DNA of 49,510 bases, counting the filler, from Sphacelaria rigidula (Eukaryota), in assembly GCA_964200075.2 (NCBI GenBank). It is 3 parts of 3 records of this genome, joined end to end, with 100 filler letters (N's around TTAATTAATTAA, not from the genome) between each part and the next. Parts side by side here need not be neighbours in the genome. Positions count along the whole stretch, not along the records: positions 1 to 16,438 come from CAXNAA020001360.1; positions 16,539 to 32,975 come from CAXNAA020001361.1; 1 more part is not named here. One strand, written 5' to 3'. Positions 11,358 through 24,989 of the stretch are shown here, in pieces (within the stretch, counting starts at the first letter, position 1; every line of letters begins with the position of its first letter). Position numbers and translations under genes: made by a program. Below the pieces are notes generated by a model. The model was not told the DNA's origin and did not search any database. It saw nothing but the letters and a program-made list of their open reading frames with translations.

Positions 11358-14110
11358 GAGTGACCCAGATTCCAGTATCGGGTTGAACAACACACGGACC
11401 GCACCTGACCACCATAAGCACACCTACGACTCGCTCATACGCGCATGCCATGGCCTTACTGCCCCGGACCACTGTTGTTGGTGGCGCGTCGTGTACCCGA
11501 CGAGGGTTCCACCGTTTACAGCACAACAAAGCATGGGTACTCGGAGTGCATTGGCGCACTCACAACCCTTGGCTAGAGGCAACGAATGATTTCAATCGGC
11601 GCACTCCAAGAGCGACACCTCCCTCCTGCATACGCCGGCTTGAGAAAATCTGTCACTGCTATATACGACAGACACGTTCACCAAGAGACAACTCAGACGC
11701 TCAGGTGTACAAGTCTCTTTGAGGCGATATAGATATCACTGCGAACATCGCCCAGTACTGGCAGCAGGTGGCGCCATTCTTGCTTCCGTAGCTGAGTGAC
11801 CTAGATCCCAGCACCCGGGTTACCCAATACACGGACTGCACCTGACGACCGTCAAAATCACACGTACGACCTATGCCGACATGTGTACAAAGGCGCACGC
11901 ACCTTACTGCCTCGAGCCACCGTTGTTGGTGGCGCGTCGTGTACCCGACGAGGGTGCCACCGTTTACGGCAACGAAAGGCGCGAATCATTGAAGCGAATC
12001 GATGCACTCACAACGCTTGGCAAGACACACCGAATTGATTGAATCAGCGCACTCCAAGCGCGACGCTCGGCTTTGGCATTGATGGCATGGCAAAACCATG
12101 CAGTTGCTGAACTCAACATCAAGAGTAAAATGAATGAAACCGTAACATATATAATATATATTAATAGATAAAAACACACAGATACACATACATACGCAGG
12201 TACACGTAGACAACGACACACGGACAGACACAGACACACACAGACACACACATACACACAGAGATATCTCGCTCTTAGTCCACATACACATCACTCGATA
12301 TGCCTTCGATCCAGCAGCAGCTCACGTCATTTACTCGAGTGACCCTACGATACACGAGGGAAGGGTTATTTGATTCCATGGAAAGAGGCTCAGGGTATTT
12401 GAGACAACCTGACACGGTCGCGGTGCGTTCGTTTCTGGATGAAAACGGCGTCACGCAGTATGAACGGGTGTTATTTTGATGCTACGGTAGGGTTGCACAT
12501 ATATTTTCTGACGTTAGGATCGTTAGGAGCCCTTTATCTCTTCACCTAAAACACGACTCGTGAAACATGTGAGAGTACGCCAGGATTACTATTCCAATGT
12601 GCTAGGGATACCCCGAATGGATTTGCGACCGGGGATGCCCTCACCCATGTTCTGGTGCATTTAGAATCGTTAGGAGCTTCTACACCAGACAAGATTTTGC
12701 GCTAAAAGTGCACCCCTACCGTAGTGTTTGAAATGCGTGAAAGGACCGCGTGCTTAGAGGGCCGCATTTATTCGAACATCCGTATGGTTAGGGTTAGGGT
12801 TATAGTCAGGGACGTGGTACCTCCAGGGACTGACCTGATTGGTTATGACGAACGTCGATCCTGAGGTGTTTTGTACTACGGCGCAGTCCTCTAAGCACGC
12901 GGTCCTCTCACACATTACAGTATTGGTCGTTACTTATCGGCAACAACCGTGCTCGAATAACTCTTGCTGCTTTTGTGAAACAAATGGCCCCAACCATACC
13001 CGCCACTTCTCCTCCCCAACCGCAAGGGACGCATGGTCAATAGTCACACGCCTAAGGCAAGCAACAAATTAGTATCCCTCTATCGTGGGATGACTCACTC
13101 GTTCGCGGCCGAGTGACCCAAATCCCAGTACCAGGGTCACACAATACATAGGCTGCACTTGACCACGACCACAATCACGCCTACGACCTTCACAAACATG
13201 CATACAAAGGCAAATGCACCTTACTGCCTCGAACTACCGTTGCTGGTGGCGCGTCGTGTACCCGGCGAGGGCTCACAAGTTCACGGCAAAGAAATCGTGA
13301 GCCATCGAATGGAACCGATGCACTCACAACGCCTGAAACGACACACCGCATTGATTCAATCGGGGCGCCCTCCAAGCACGACACTCGCCTTCGACATACC
13401 CCGGTTGGCGAAGCTCTGCCACTGCTATGTACAAACAGACGAATGCACCATAACACACCTCGCCTAGATGCACAACAAGTCATTTTCGGTCCACATACGC
13501 GTCCTCGTATTCGCAACAGTTAGCACCATTAATGGTTTCGTGGCTGAGTCGCCCAGATCCCAGCATCGGGGTCGAACAATGCACGGACTGCACTTGGCCA
13601 CGACCACAGTCACACCTACGACCTATTCAGATATGCATACCTAGGCGAATGCATTCTACTGCCTCGAGCCACCGTTGTTGGTGGCGCGTCGTGTACCCGG
13701 TGAGGGCTCAACAGTTTACGGCAAAGAAAGGCGTGAGGTATCGAAGTGAACCAATGCGCTCACAACGCTTGACAAGACACACCGAGTAGGTTGAATGGGC
13801 GCACTCCAAGCACGATACTCGCCTTCGACATACCCCGGTTGGCGAAGCTCTGCCACTGCTGTATACAAACAGACGAATGCACCGTAAGACAGCTTGATTG
13901 CCTAGATGCACAACAAGTCTTTTTCGGTTCACATACGCGTCACTTCGAAGATTGCCTCGTATTCGCAACAGTTGGCGCCATGAGTGTTTTCGTGGCTGAG
14001 TACCCCAGATTCCAGCACCGGGGGCGAACAATACACGGACTGCACTTGACCACGATCACAATCACACCTACGACCTAGTCAGACATGCATACCTAGGTGA
14101 ATGCACCTCC
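11358..14110. repeat. Degenerate ~440-bp tandem repeat (5 copies, interrupted at ~12090-13100)
   Basis: Unit starts (gagtgacccagat.ccag) at 11358, 11794, 13111, 13546 and 13998. Four copies share the core gttggtggcgcgtcgtgtaccc; the fifth is truncated before it. Confidence 0.9.
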
Positions 14111-14489
14111 TTCAGAACTGAAGACAACACTCCCGTGCGTAGCGAAGCGAAGGTAAACGCAGAGATCGTCGCTGGTCGATGTGAGTGATCTCCCTGGCCC
14201 CCCGGTCAAAATCAGGAGGTCGACCCTGCATCGCCGCTCCTCTCCACCCCCGATGAAGGCGGCGCCTCGGTCGCCGTCTGTGCCGTCATAGCTGGAATCC
14301 GCCACACCTCTGCTTTCGCCTGTGGCACCAGTGGCGGGCGCAATGATGGTGACTGCCTCTCGTGCGCCATCACCGCGGTTTGCAACCAGGAAGGCCACGG
14401 CCACGCACTCTCGCCCACATCCATGGTGAGTCCGGCGGAAACACGCGCGTTTCCTGCTCATGTCCAGTGGCTTATTGATCGGTGCGAGG

Positions 14490-15520
14490 ATATCGCAATG
14501 CGGGGTGCGGCTATTGGGTCGATGCTGACCACCGATGCGTGGGTCACCGCCGACACACCCGTCGTCACTGCCCTGCCACCGCTCCAAAACCAACCACGAC
14601 CGTCCCGTGCCCGGAGGGGAAATATTGAACGGATCACCGTTCAATAGCCGACACGGGCGGTATCCGTGGTCACCGTCGATACCACCGAGCTAACCCGGCG
14701 TCACCGCGCCCCTCTGCTAGGGATGGAAGCAGCGCCGCCATCGCAGTTGATGGTACCGTCGGAATCGGAGACCAGCACTTGGCGCCCACCCGGGATACCG
14801 GCGACAAACGAGATGACGATGGCCGCATTTTGACTCTACTACAGCCGCCACAGAGGCCATGACCAAGCACCTCTTCCCGCATCTATGATGCCTTCAACGG
14901 CGACGCGCGAGAATATCGCAGTGTGGGGTGCGGCTGTTGGGTCGATGCTGCGCACCGATGCGTGGGCCACCGCCGACACACCCGTCGTCGCTGCGCCGCC
15001 ACCGCTCCAAAACTGACCACGACCGTCCCGCGCCCAGACACTTCCTGCGATAGTCCCCCCGAAAAACCCAGCTAAAAGTGTTACAAAATAGATGACCATA
15101 CAGCGCCTGATGTTCGGGTTCAGGCCGCATGAAGCGCCTCATATTGGCGACATTGGCTAGAGCGAACCCAAGTGTGGGAATTCCCAGCTTCTCGTTGTGC
15201 TCGGCTTTTCCCATTTTGATTTATGTGAAGATTTTGCTTCCCCGAACCATGCACTTTTCAGCGGGGGGCTATCGTAGAAAGTGTCCCCAGTGGTAAAGAA
15301 CAAACGAATCGTCCTTCCATAGCCAACGCGGGCGGTATCCGTGGTCACCGTCGATAACAACGAGCTAACCCGGCGTCACCGCGCCCCTTTGCTAGGGATG
15401 GAAGCAGCGCCGCCGTCGCAGTCGACGGTACCGTCGGAGTTGGAGACCAGCACTTGGCGCCCACCCGGGATACCGGTGACGAACGAGATGATGATGGCTG
15501 CATCTTGACTCTACTACAAT
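14490..15520. repeat. GC-rich ~420-bp tandem duplication, second copy carrying a MITE
   Basis: 14490-14840 aligns with 14910-15036 plus 15290-15520. Confidence 0.85.
15037..15285. mobile_element. MITE with ~30-bp TIRs and 4-bp TSD (CCCA)
   Basis: GACACTTCCTGCGATAGTCCCCCCG ... CGGGGGGCTATCGTAGAAAGTGTC with CCCA on both sides. The paralogous copy at ~14600-14650 shows the empty site. Confidence 0.85.
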
Positions 15521-16438
15521 GCTTTACAGTTGTTCCGTCGGTAAGGTCATACATTGTGCAGTACATATTTTTCAACTCTCCCTTCATTCAGCGGCGTGCC
15601 GTGCGTTACCAGGTTGGTCTGCAGTTCACACTGATATTCTCAAGTCGGGCTGATTGAGTAAACTTGATAAGTTATGGTGTGACATGGAAATGTGGGATTT
15701 ACTGCTGGCCTAGCTCGTACTGTATCATGTATCGTAAGTGTCGTGGCAATTTTGTTGTTCCCGCAGGTGGGTTAGGGTGTAGGTGTGCAGATTTGGCCTT
15801 CACACTCAAGGTCGCGTAGTCCACACTCCAGGAGGTTATATGACAATATAACCTTGATCATTTTCAGCACCTTATGTAAGATCAGACAACCTCGGAGGGA
15901 ACGTGCCGCGAGCCGAGCACGCAGCCTTCCTTACAGAGCGCCCCTCCTCTCCCCCTCTTTTTTTCACCGTCAACTCGACTCGCGTATTTGAAGCAGCAGT
16001 TGAAACTTTCCAGGGTGCTCCTTGGTATACCATACCGTCAACGGATGGTGATTTTTTGTATGTGCACGCCGCATCAGCATTGCGGGATAAAAATAGACAT
16101 TTTGGAAAAACAAGAACAAAAAATGGTGGTGGCGAGAATTTAAGCCGCCTGGAAGGGTCCGGAGTCCATTACTCGCCAGACGGTGGCCAATAAAAAAATA
16201 AGGGCAATGGCCTAGAAAAGGTATAACTTCTCGTGTATTGCCTAGGAAAGCTACGAAAAATGGCCAGAAACGCGAAAACAGCCAAACACGCTATTTTGAC
16301 CGCTTCCGCTCCGGAGTTTTCACGCACGTCACTCGGGGGGGCCATTGGCACCCGGAACTCGAAAAAAACGGATAAAAAGCATGTTACTCGAGAGATATGG
16401 GCACGCGAAAACGGACACGTCGCCTCCAGAAACCGCTT

Positions 16439-16538
16439 NNNNNNNNNNNNNNNNNNNNNNNNNNNNNNNNNNNNNNNNNNNNTTAATTAATTAANNNNNN
16501 NNNNNNNNNNNNNNNNNNNNNNNNNNNNNNNNNNNNNN
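16439..16538. other. Artificial contig linker N44-TTAATTAATTAA-N44
   Basis: 100-bp spacer with stop codons in all six frames. Confidence 0.98.
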
Positions 16539-17921
16539 GGCGTAAAACGACGTAAAAGCTCCAAAAAGACATTTTTCCGGGGTTTAATTTTTGTCTATTG
16601 TAGGAAGCGGCCTGAAAGGAAGGGAAAGTATACACAACTATAATACGCTTGTATGGCCGAAAATGTGCGGTGGAAAAGAACGAAGGAGCACTTGACTCCT
16701 ATCTTGCAGACCACCACGCCGGATACCATTCGTTTACAGAACCATGCAAACCCAACACAATTCTTTCTCAGCTACCACCGCAACCCTAAAGCGTAAATCG
16801 CGAGTTGAGGACTGTAGATCACGAGTTGAGGACTGGGATACATACACAGCAGCAGTTGTAGACGGGTACCATCACCCTCTTGGCGTCCTCTGTTTTTTTT
16901 TGTTGGCGAAGACTGGAGCATCTTCTGTATGGTAGGGATCGACGACGGAATTGTGTGATATGATATGCGTGTGTGTTGCCGTCCCATTTATTCTGGGCAA
17001 CCAAATTTCGTACACGCTCATGGCCAGTACAGAGAGTACAAAGCTGGGGAATTGTTCAAATATTTCATATCCTACTGTATGCAGAGAGTAGAGTCCCGTG
17101 CTGCCTGTACTGCACGTTACCCGCTTCTTCACATCCTACTACTGTCTGTACGAAACACACTCGTATCCTGCAGAAAACAGTACCGTCTTGTCTGTCCCGA
17201 GTACAAGCGATCAAATACTGGGCAAATTTCCCCGTTTTTTTCGACCGAAGCTTGCAAATCCACTATTATTACGGCACCCAAACTACGCGAAACGAACGAA
17301 TTCGATCGAATCAATGTCCCCCGCGCTTTATCGTTCGATCGAGCTAGGATCGGGAACAATTTGGATACTCGTAAAACACACCCTTATTACACTGAATGCA
17401 TGCTTCAGGTGTTGTCGCGTACAAGTGTGACGGAGCCGTCGGGTACAGGCGGGCATGACAGGCAGCACAGCTCAACACATGTTGCAGAGAGCTGAAGAGG
17501 TGCAAATGCAAATGACGTATTTTTCCTGTCTCCGGCGGAGTCGGGGGGCGGCCGGCAGTTATCCAATTTCGACTGAGAACAGTAACTGGTTGGAGTATGT
17601 GGGATCCAGTGCACTCGTTCTCCGCATCAGTATATAAAACGACGTGCTCCTACACCGCGTCCCCCACCCCTCGTTGTGTGGTAAAGAACACATACACGTC
17701 AACTTCATCGGACTACACTACTCGCAGGTGTCGTGATTCCAACCTACGGACGCCCCCGGAACATCAACTTCGAACGGCCACTGGATTGTGGTATGGGGTA
17801 AGATACCGGCTGTAGGTGTGCGCTTTCTAGTCTAGAGGGACTACTCGTACAGTACAGATGATTGCACTTTTGCATCATTTTATCCTACATGTGAGATTAC
17901 CGCAATCGTCGAACGACTCAC

Positions 17922-18359
17922 CGCGAAAGATAATTGCTGGACGCTTTCGTCTCCGTGGAAAGGATACGACGCTGTGACTGTTGAACCTGCTGTAGCCTTC
18001 AGGTCGTACGGATTGCGCGAAAGTGGTTCTTCCGAGGTATCATCCGCCTGCTGCTGTTGGGCGTCATCAACACGAGCGAGATCGACGGAACCGGACGGCT
18101 TATGCCCGAGTTCCTCTGTCGATATCAAAGCCGTAGCTACCGCTCCGATTGGACGCCTCCTGGGACTGCTCTCGGGAACGGCGGTTTCCTTCGGTGCTCG
18201 TACTGGAATTGGAGGAGGCACGCTCTGATTTTGTACTGGAATTGGAGGAGGCACGCTGTGATTTCGTGCTGGAATCGCCGGAGGCATACCTTCATTCCGG
18301 GCTGGTATTGGCGGGACATTCGTCGATGTAACTTCCTTGCTTGAAGTATGGTCTTCCAT
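17922..18359 (-). CDS. First coding exon of a proline-rich SH3-domain protein
   Basis: MEDHTSSK...PPIPAR repeats...TVTASYPFHGDESVQQLSFA resembles the SH3 start 'ALYDY......ELSF'. It ends at a phase-0 donor GCG|GTGAGT. No downstream exon was found before the contig end. Confidence 0.8.
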
Positions 18360-19132
18360 GCTTACTAACGATACTGTCGGCGGCTGTTGTTGCCGAAAAA
18401 ACCAGATCACAGGCACTTCGGGGAACGGCTGCAGAGCGGAGAGGCCCGCCCTGAAGTCTTTGCACATGGCACCCGCTCTTCTCTGCGTTTTTATATTTCA
18501 CTTTCGCTTCAAATGTTTCCTTCACTTCGTACAGACCCGCAGTGTCTGCTATTCCTACCAGAAGGGCACCCCTTGTCCCTCTCCCCCCTTGCCTTATCAC
18601 AAATGGAGACGCACGGACACAGTAGATCGCACCCTACTGATCGAGATACTCTATTGTACGCACACATGTATTTACCAAGAATTGTACTCTTCGTGGCGTT
18701 TTTGTCATCAGTCTACAAGATACCATGGGGGGGGGGGAGTGATACAACGGCGCGTAGTGACAAGAGGCCATCATGCCGCTCGATCGGCCAGCAGTCTACT
18801 AAATAATATAATAAATTCAGGGTCTCACAGCCATATCTCATGGACGTAGACGGATTGGGACATGATCCGCACACCTTATTGATCGTCTAACCGAGGGAAA
18901 ATGCCTACCTGCTCAAAATCCTGCGCCATTTTTTTCTGGTTGATCAAACGCGATGATGCGTAAATCCTTCACGGTATGGGTAAGGATGGAGATGATGAGG
19001 TTTATTCTAATAAATTCTACGCGAAACCCCGAACGACATGATGTACAGCGCGGATGGTGATTTTTGGTGTGAACATTCTCAGGAGGGCGGGAAAGCGATC
19101 AGTACCCTCACCTTCACCTGAGTTTTCATCTC

Positions 19133-19330
19133 TGTGTGTTGCCATGCCATCTGTTTTGGACGCCGGTCTACACCTTTCGGTATACTATGTGGGCGCATGA
19201 GCCGGGGTCACACAGGAGGAACGTCAACACAGGAGGTTTTTTCTTCATGCTTGTTTTTAGTACTCCACCTTCCTTCTGCGATGCTTGCCTACCTACGTGG
19301 AGATATTTGTTGCACATAATATGTTGTGCT
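19133..19330 (-). mobile_element. 3' fragment of SINE family
   Basis: Similar to 33355-33500 (ccatct.tt.tggacgcc.gtctacac...agccggggt.acaca). Confidence 0.7.
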
Positions 19331-19365
19331 ATATTCCGTATGGCGCGAGCAGAGGAACTATTATG

Positions 19366-19676
19366 AGCAATGTTTTCGTGAGATTGATAGTCCAGGATAC
19401 AATTATTGAGAGTGAGAAGCGACCAATGAACGAATGAATGAATAGCTTCAATTCCGAAATGCCCCTTCCCGAGGCCCAAAGCGCTTTCTGTAGTAGCTTG
19501 CCACTGACTGAAGCCCTTGTTATCCCTGAGTAGGATATCGGCATGTAGCTGTAAGCACAAGCCAGTGTTACAGGTAAAGGGAAGCACACGTATAATGAAA
19601 TAGTGGTCAAGTTCAAGCGAATGATAAAAGCCACACCCAATCAACACGCTGCTCTCAATCTGACGAAAACATCTTT
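19366..19676. mobile_element. MITE-like element (family shared with 48699-48983)
   Basis: Ends atgttttcgtgagattga / tctcaatctgacgaaaacat. The interior is an inverted homolog of 48699-48983. Confidence 0.75.
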
Positions 19677-20369
19677 CACAGATAAATGCATCGAATCTCG
19701 GATTCTCACCTCAGTTTTTGAGGTGTGCTTTAAATGTGATTGCTTATGGAATGTCGCAAGGACAGAATAAAAACAAAACACTCAGGACCTCGAGATTCTC
19801 GTTTACGAGTGGAGGACATGTTTGATGTTTGTGAACGATAGGCGTATAGTTTTTGGCCCTTGACTCGCAGTTTCTCAACATCGTTTGTTTTGTCGAATTA
19901 AGTGTGCTTTAAAATCTGGTATGGAGAATAACAAGAGCATACATACTGAGAACAAGACAAATCTGGGCCTTTATTTAGTCAAGGACATTTTCGTGAAAAA
20001 CTGATGATTATTACTACATACAGTAATGCGTCCTTGACTTGTGAAAAAAGGAATCTCTACGTCCGAACATATTTATTTCATCGTACCCTGGCGATTCCCT
20101 ACACAAAATTCAAAGCACAAGTACCAAAACTGGACTGGTAAATGGCCTGCAAAATGTTGCTCCGATTTACGCCCCGCCCCAGCTGTGAATCTATAATTCT
20201 CAGCTCAGTTTCGAGAGATGGACGTTCAAATTTCGTACGGAGAGTCACGAGGGCATGATAAAAAAGTAATTTTGCGACATCACAGGCTGGTTCACGGTGA
20301 ATGCCCAAAATATATTCATCACTAGACACGGAACGCAAAACTGACTAGATAAAAACATCTTTGATACAA

Positions 20370-20835
20370 CGGTGAACCCACGAGCAAGCGAACAGTGTGG
20401 CATGGTAGCCAGAGTCCTTCTCGCGTCCTTTGCTGTGGCGCTAGTAGTGAAAATGTCTCTTGGCCAACCAGGGGCCTTAAAACTGTGTTGGCATGAAAAT
20501 GCAGATTCCCGACACACTTTGTACCCAATCTCATCCTGAATCAAACCTTAGCAATCGCCATCAGCTAGGGAATCTAGCGCAAAGAACAGTTCTGAAAAGG
20601 GTTCATTTGGTGTCATAGTCACCCCCACGAGCAAACGAACAGTGACATTGCCAGAATTTCCCTTGCGTCCTTCGCTGCGGCGCTAGTAGTGGAGATGCCT
20701 ATCGGCCAACCAGGGACCTTCAAATCGTACTGAAATTACAAATGCGAATTCCCAACACAACTTGAACCCAATCTCATCATGAAGAATCAGGCCCCACAAA
20801 CCATCAGGTGAACATTCGAACGCAAAAAACAAGTC
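20370..20835. repeat. Degenerate ~245-bp tandem duplication
   Basis: ccacgagcaa.cgaacagtg...gcgtcctt.gctg.ggcgctagtagtg...cccaatctcatc occurs twice. Confidence 0.75.
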
Positions 20836-22279
20836 TTGGAAACGGTTGAAGAGGTCGGCTTCGACAGTGAGGTTGAATTGGATATGGGTGCTCCACATTG
20901 CAAAAATTGTTCACCAATATTTCACAATTTTCATCAGCTCTGTACCGGCTCCTGGTGCCCCGGCGTGAAGACCATTGAAGGCGGTAGAAAACGTCTTGGA
21001 AACAAAAAAAATGCAAGTTTACTCGCCCCGAGGTAGCCCAAGGAGCGTTTGTACAAAGTTTCGTTGCGTAACTCAAAAAACGGATCCCACACGGACGGTG
21101 CAAACTTGAACGCACAAGGGCAGGGACGGTTGAATACTCATAGAAAGCCATTGGGGGCAGGTTTGCCCAGTAGTTATCATCACTTGTCTACAGTAAAGTA
21201 GACTCGTATCCCGAGCCCATCAAACAACATTCACTACACTTGAGTCGACACAGCGCATAGTGTCTCAGCTCCGGTGACAGCTCGGTAACTTGCACGTGGA
21301 GCAGCTTCCCCACTTTGGATACACGTTAACAAAGTGCGGTGTGGTACGCATACTTTCATCATAGGCCACGCCTTGGTTTTACCAAAACTTGAAAACGTTA
21401 CGCAAGTACTCTGCGAGCGAACATATCCCGCAGTATTCGTATGTCACACGAAACCTACTTAGAGGTATGAAACATTCGGTTTGTACTGCATCGCGAGCGT
21501 CGTAAAGAGGGTCCTCATTTCAACACCGAACTATTGTACATGTACATGAAACGTAGCGGACAGAAATGAGTCATGTTTCACCCGTTAGATTTTCGGGTGC
21601 CATGACCCGCAGCTCTCAAAACGGGCCATTTGACGGTCGAGAAATAGTTTTCTTGCGACGTGTCATGGAGGATTAACGTTATATGTCTAAATTTTAACCA
21701 CAGCAACGCGTGCAAAAGTATCCGACTGCCGCCGCACCACCTCATCTCCTTCGGGATATTTCGGGTACACAATTAATCATGACTATCAGCAGCAAGCTCC
21801 TCGCATCCCGCGTTCGTACTTCTCCACTCCCTTTCTAGCTTCTCCTTGGTGTAGCGCCTGCCGCGGTAGGCTGCGTCGGCACCTACTCTTCTGCTCACGT
21901 ACTCCTCGAGAGACTTGCTCCGAAAGTGCCGAAGGCGGAGGGTGCTGGGGTCCTCCCACTCGAACGGGCACCGGAGATTCCTGCATGATTCACGAACAGA
22001 GGACGCCAGGACTTGTGAACGACGGCAGGTTTTTTACCACAACCACAGCCAAGAACATGGTATTAATAGCTGGGAGTACCGGCATACGCATGACTGCCTT
22101 GAGGCACTGGGTAGTGGGCTGCTCCACGTCGTTGGTCCTCGGAATGGATTGGATATGTCGCCCTTTGGCTCCGTGCGTCCCCATCTCTGTGTTTCGACGG
22201 ATATATTGTCGTTCAAATCACCTTAATCAACCTTGAGTGCGTCGCCAGATGTATAATATGGCGAATTTCGTATTTCGGG

Positions 22280-22590
22280 CACCCGCCTCCCCCCCCCCCC
22301 TCCCTCCCTCCCAATGGTGAGACACCCGTGAGGCAGTGTATAAGCCGCGGCTGTCTCTGGAAGTGACCATACCAGAAAATAACGCGACTCATCGTTGGCT
22401 GTCATCCAAATGCATGATAACCAGCAGGCTTCCGGCCGAACAATCGTAGCGGGATGCGGCTCACCCTTCATGCGACTCGCCGAACACACCACGGCGCTTC
22501 GCGCTTGGNNNNNNNNNNCCCGGCATTGTAGGGATGCGAGGTCAATGGCCTTATGACTATGGCATGCATGATCGTGAGTACACCCCCCTC
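22280..22590 (+). repeat. Dispersed repeat element (homolog of 1-372), containing a 10-N gap
   Basis: tgaggcag.gtataa.ccg.ggctgtctct.gaagtg ... gtagggatgcgaggtca. Confidence 0.8.
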
Positions 22591-23247
22591 CCACCCACCC
22601 ATCTCGAATCCTGGATTGGCCTCGAGTGGCAATCACGCTGTAAAAGCAAGCCACCAGAACCTAGACATGAAGTGTACAGGCTAGCACCATACCTATACCA
22701 GAGAACGACACTACACAAAATTTACCCCCGACCAACAAACACATTAGACATTAAATTATTCAAATAGACAAAACGCTTTCCCATACTAACACAAAGCCCG
22801 GATATACACATGAAACAACGAAAAAGCTAACCGCTTTTTCTTCGCAATACACGTACCAGAACACAGCCCGCATTTTTTATTACTATTTCCACACGTTAGT
22901 CCGATCTCGCGAACACGTGGTCACAGACGTAGGCTCGCCTTTCCAATACCGTTTCCTTCTATTTCTTATAAAACACCTTACCAAAATAAATAAATAAGAA
23001 GGGAGACGCTACCAAAATCGGTGAGAAGTAGCTCCCCCGAGTTCAACGGGGAGAGGAAAGAAAGAAAGAAAAACAAACACACAAACAAGAAATGCCACAT
23101 CTGTCAAAAATGTACACCGAAAGAAAGAAAGAGAGAAGACAACAGAGGACAACAGGAAAAGACAGGTGACACAAGGAGATTAGTATGGCCACCATGTTTG
23201 GGTTCAACTCAAAAACAAAAAAGTAACCCCAGGCACCCTCATAGCAT

Positions 23248-23540
23248 GTAGACATGAAATAATAAGTTCACCATATTTTTCTTTGCACTATTATACCAGA
23301 GCACAGACCGAATATAGACACGAGATAACGAAGCCAACCGCTTTTTTTTCGCACTAACCAGAACACACACAGACCGGACGTAGACATGAAATAACCAAGC
23401 TGATTATATTTTTCTTTGCACTAGCTAGAACACAGACCAGATGTAGACATGAAACAAAAAAGCTCACCATACTTTCTTTGCGTTAACTAGAACCCAGACC
23501 GGACATAAAGACACAATATAACGGAACTAACCATTTTTAC
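23248..23540. repeat. ~60-bp minisatellite, about 5 degenerate copies
   Basis: gtagacatgaaa...tttctttgcacta..agaacacagacc unit. Weaker copies lie at ~22740-22870. Confidence 0.8.
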
Positions 23541-24989
23541 TTTCCCATGCCACAATGACAAACAATCGAGATTCTTCCCCCCATATATATCGCAAGGTAG
23601 GACATAAAACAAAGACCAACACCCAGACATGTAGGTATCAGCTGGAAGGTTGACCACCAAACATGCAAAATCGAAAACACAAGAAAGATATAGCAAGTAC
23701 AGGTAGAATAAAGTCGCCCCGACAATAAAGTGAAACGAGGGTCGGATCTCGTGGTGAGAGACCCCGAAAACTTTACCGATTTCTATTGGGCGGTGGGAAT
23801 CTAGTCAGGTATTATCCTCTTACCCCCGGTATAAGGTGCAGAGGTGTCAGATGAAGGGAAGAGGTGGATGATGGACGGCGAAAACGTCAAGAGCTACTGC
23901 ACTCGTAAAACGAACACCGCGCCAATGGCCAACCACATGACCGAAAACAAAGATCACCGAGCAGTACGTGGATATCTCGAGATCTTGAAGGATAGACGCT
24001 GGTACAAAATGTGGGGAATCGTTGGCCAAGCTTCCGGCAGCGAAGGTCTACTGGGGAGCACAAGCGGGGAAGTTACCCATGGTGAACTGTACATGGAATG
24101 GGAGGCAGTGATGTACGGGATATCCCGACGTGTGGGTACGACGTTGTGTTATGTAAGCTGTCCTTGAACCTTCCACGGTGAACACGACCTCCCGGGAGGA
24201 AGGTAACCAGTACAGCAGTGGGGCAAGAAGATACAAGATACGATCGTGGAACGCCTGGATGGTTCACCATGCAGATTGCCTGGCACAAGCGTGGGGGTGC
24301 TCGTGTCAGGGGTGTTGAACCTGGTTTCAGGCTACGAGCCTGTGTTGGAGACATTTTCGAGTATTCCTGGGCCAGCGAAAAAATTGGAAGGCACCAGCTC
24401 CCCAACAAGTACTAGGGTTGGGATATCCCAGTAAATTGATCACGTCCCACTTCAATATTAAGAACAAACAAGCCGGAGATACTCTCGAAAGAGATCGAGA
24501 GAGAGAGACGTCAAGGGAAGATGGATCGAGAAACATGGGGTGGACGGGTCAAGTACTAGTAGCGCTGGTAGTTGTAATTCGTGGCGATATTGAGAGGACG
24601 AAGTTAAAGAGAAAATGCGATGAGTTACACTGTTTGGCAATAGGAAATATAGAAGGGGAGGGAGAACACTTCCGAGTCACGTTCAAACAGAGAGCGAGAA
24701 AGGAGTGAGAGAGGATAGAGACAAGCAGAGTGTCGGCATGGATTAGAAAGGTAGGACGGAGAGTATGTATAGCCAATGGAATAGCGAACCTAAGACGTAG
24801 CCCTCCGGTTAACGGAGGTAAGGGGAAGCAGGAACGAGTGAACGTCCTCAAGGGGAGGGAGGCGGGGAAACAGCGGCCCAAAGCAACAGGCCAAGACCAA
24901 ACTGGGAACGGAAATAAAATTCAAGCAAAGGACAACAGCAATAATGACGACGGGGAGAGAAAAGTAGACAGAACAAGAGTGGATGGTGA

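Noticed and set aside
12786..12802. TTAGGG telomere-like units
   Set aside because: Fewer than three units and internal. This is an interstitial remnant, not a telomere.
21786..22230. Kinase-like YAGTPSY motif on the minus strand
   Set aside because: An in-frame stop follows immediately and there are no other kinase motifs.
23248..23540. CRISPR-like array (also considered for 6760-7277 and 11358-14110)
   Set aside because: Units are degenerate along their whole length with no unique spacers. There are no cas genes and the context is eukaryotic.
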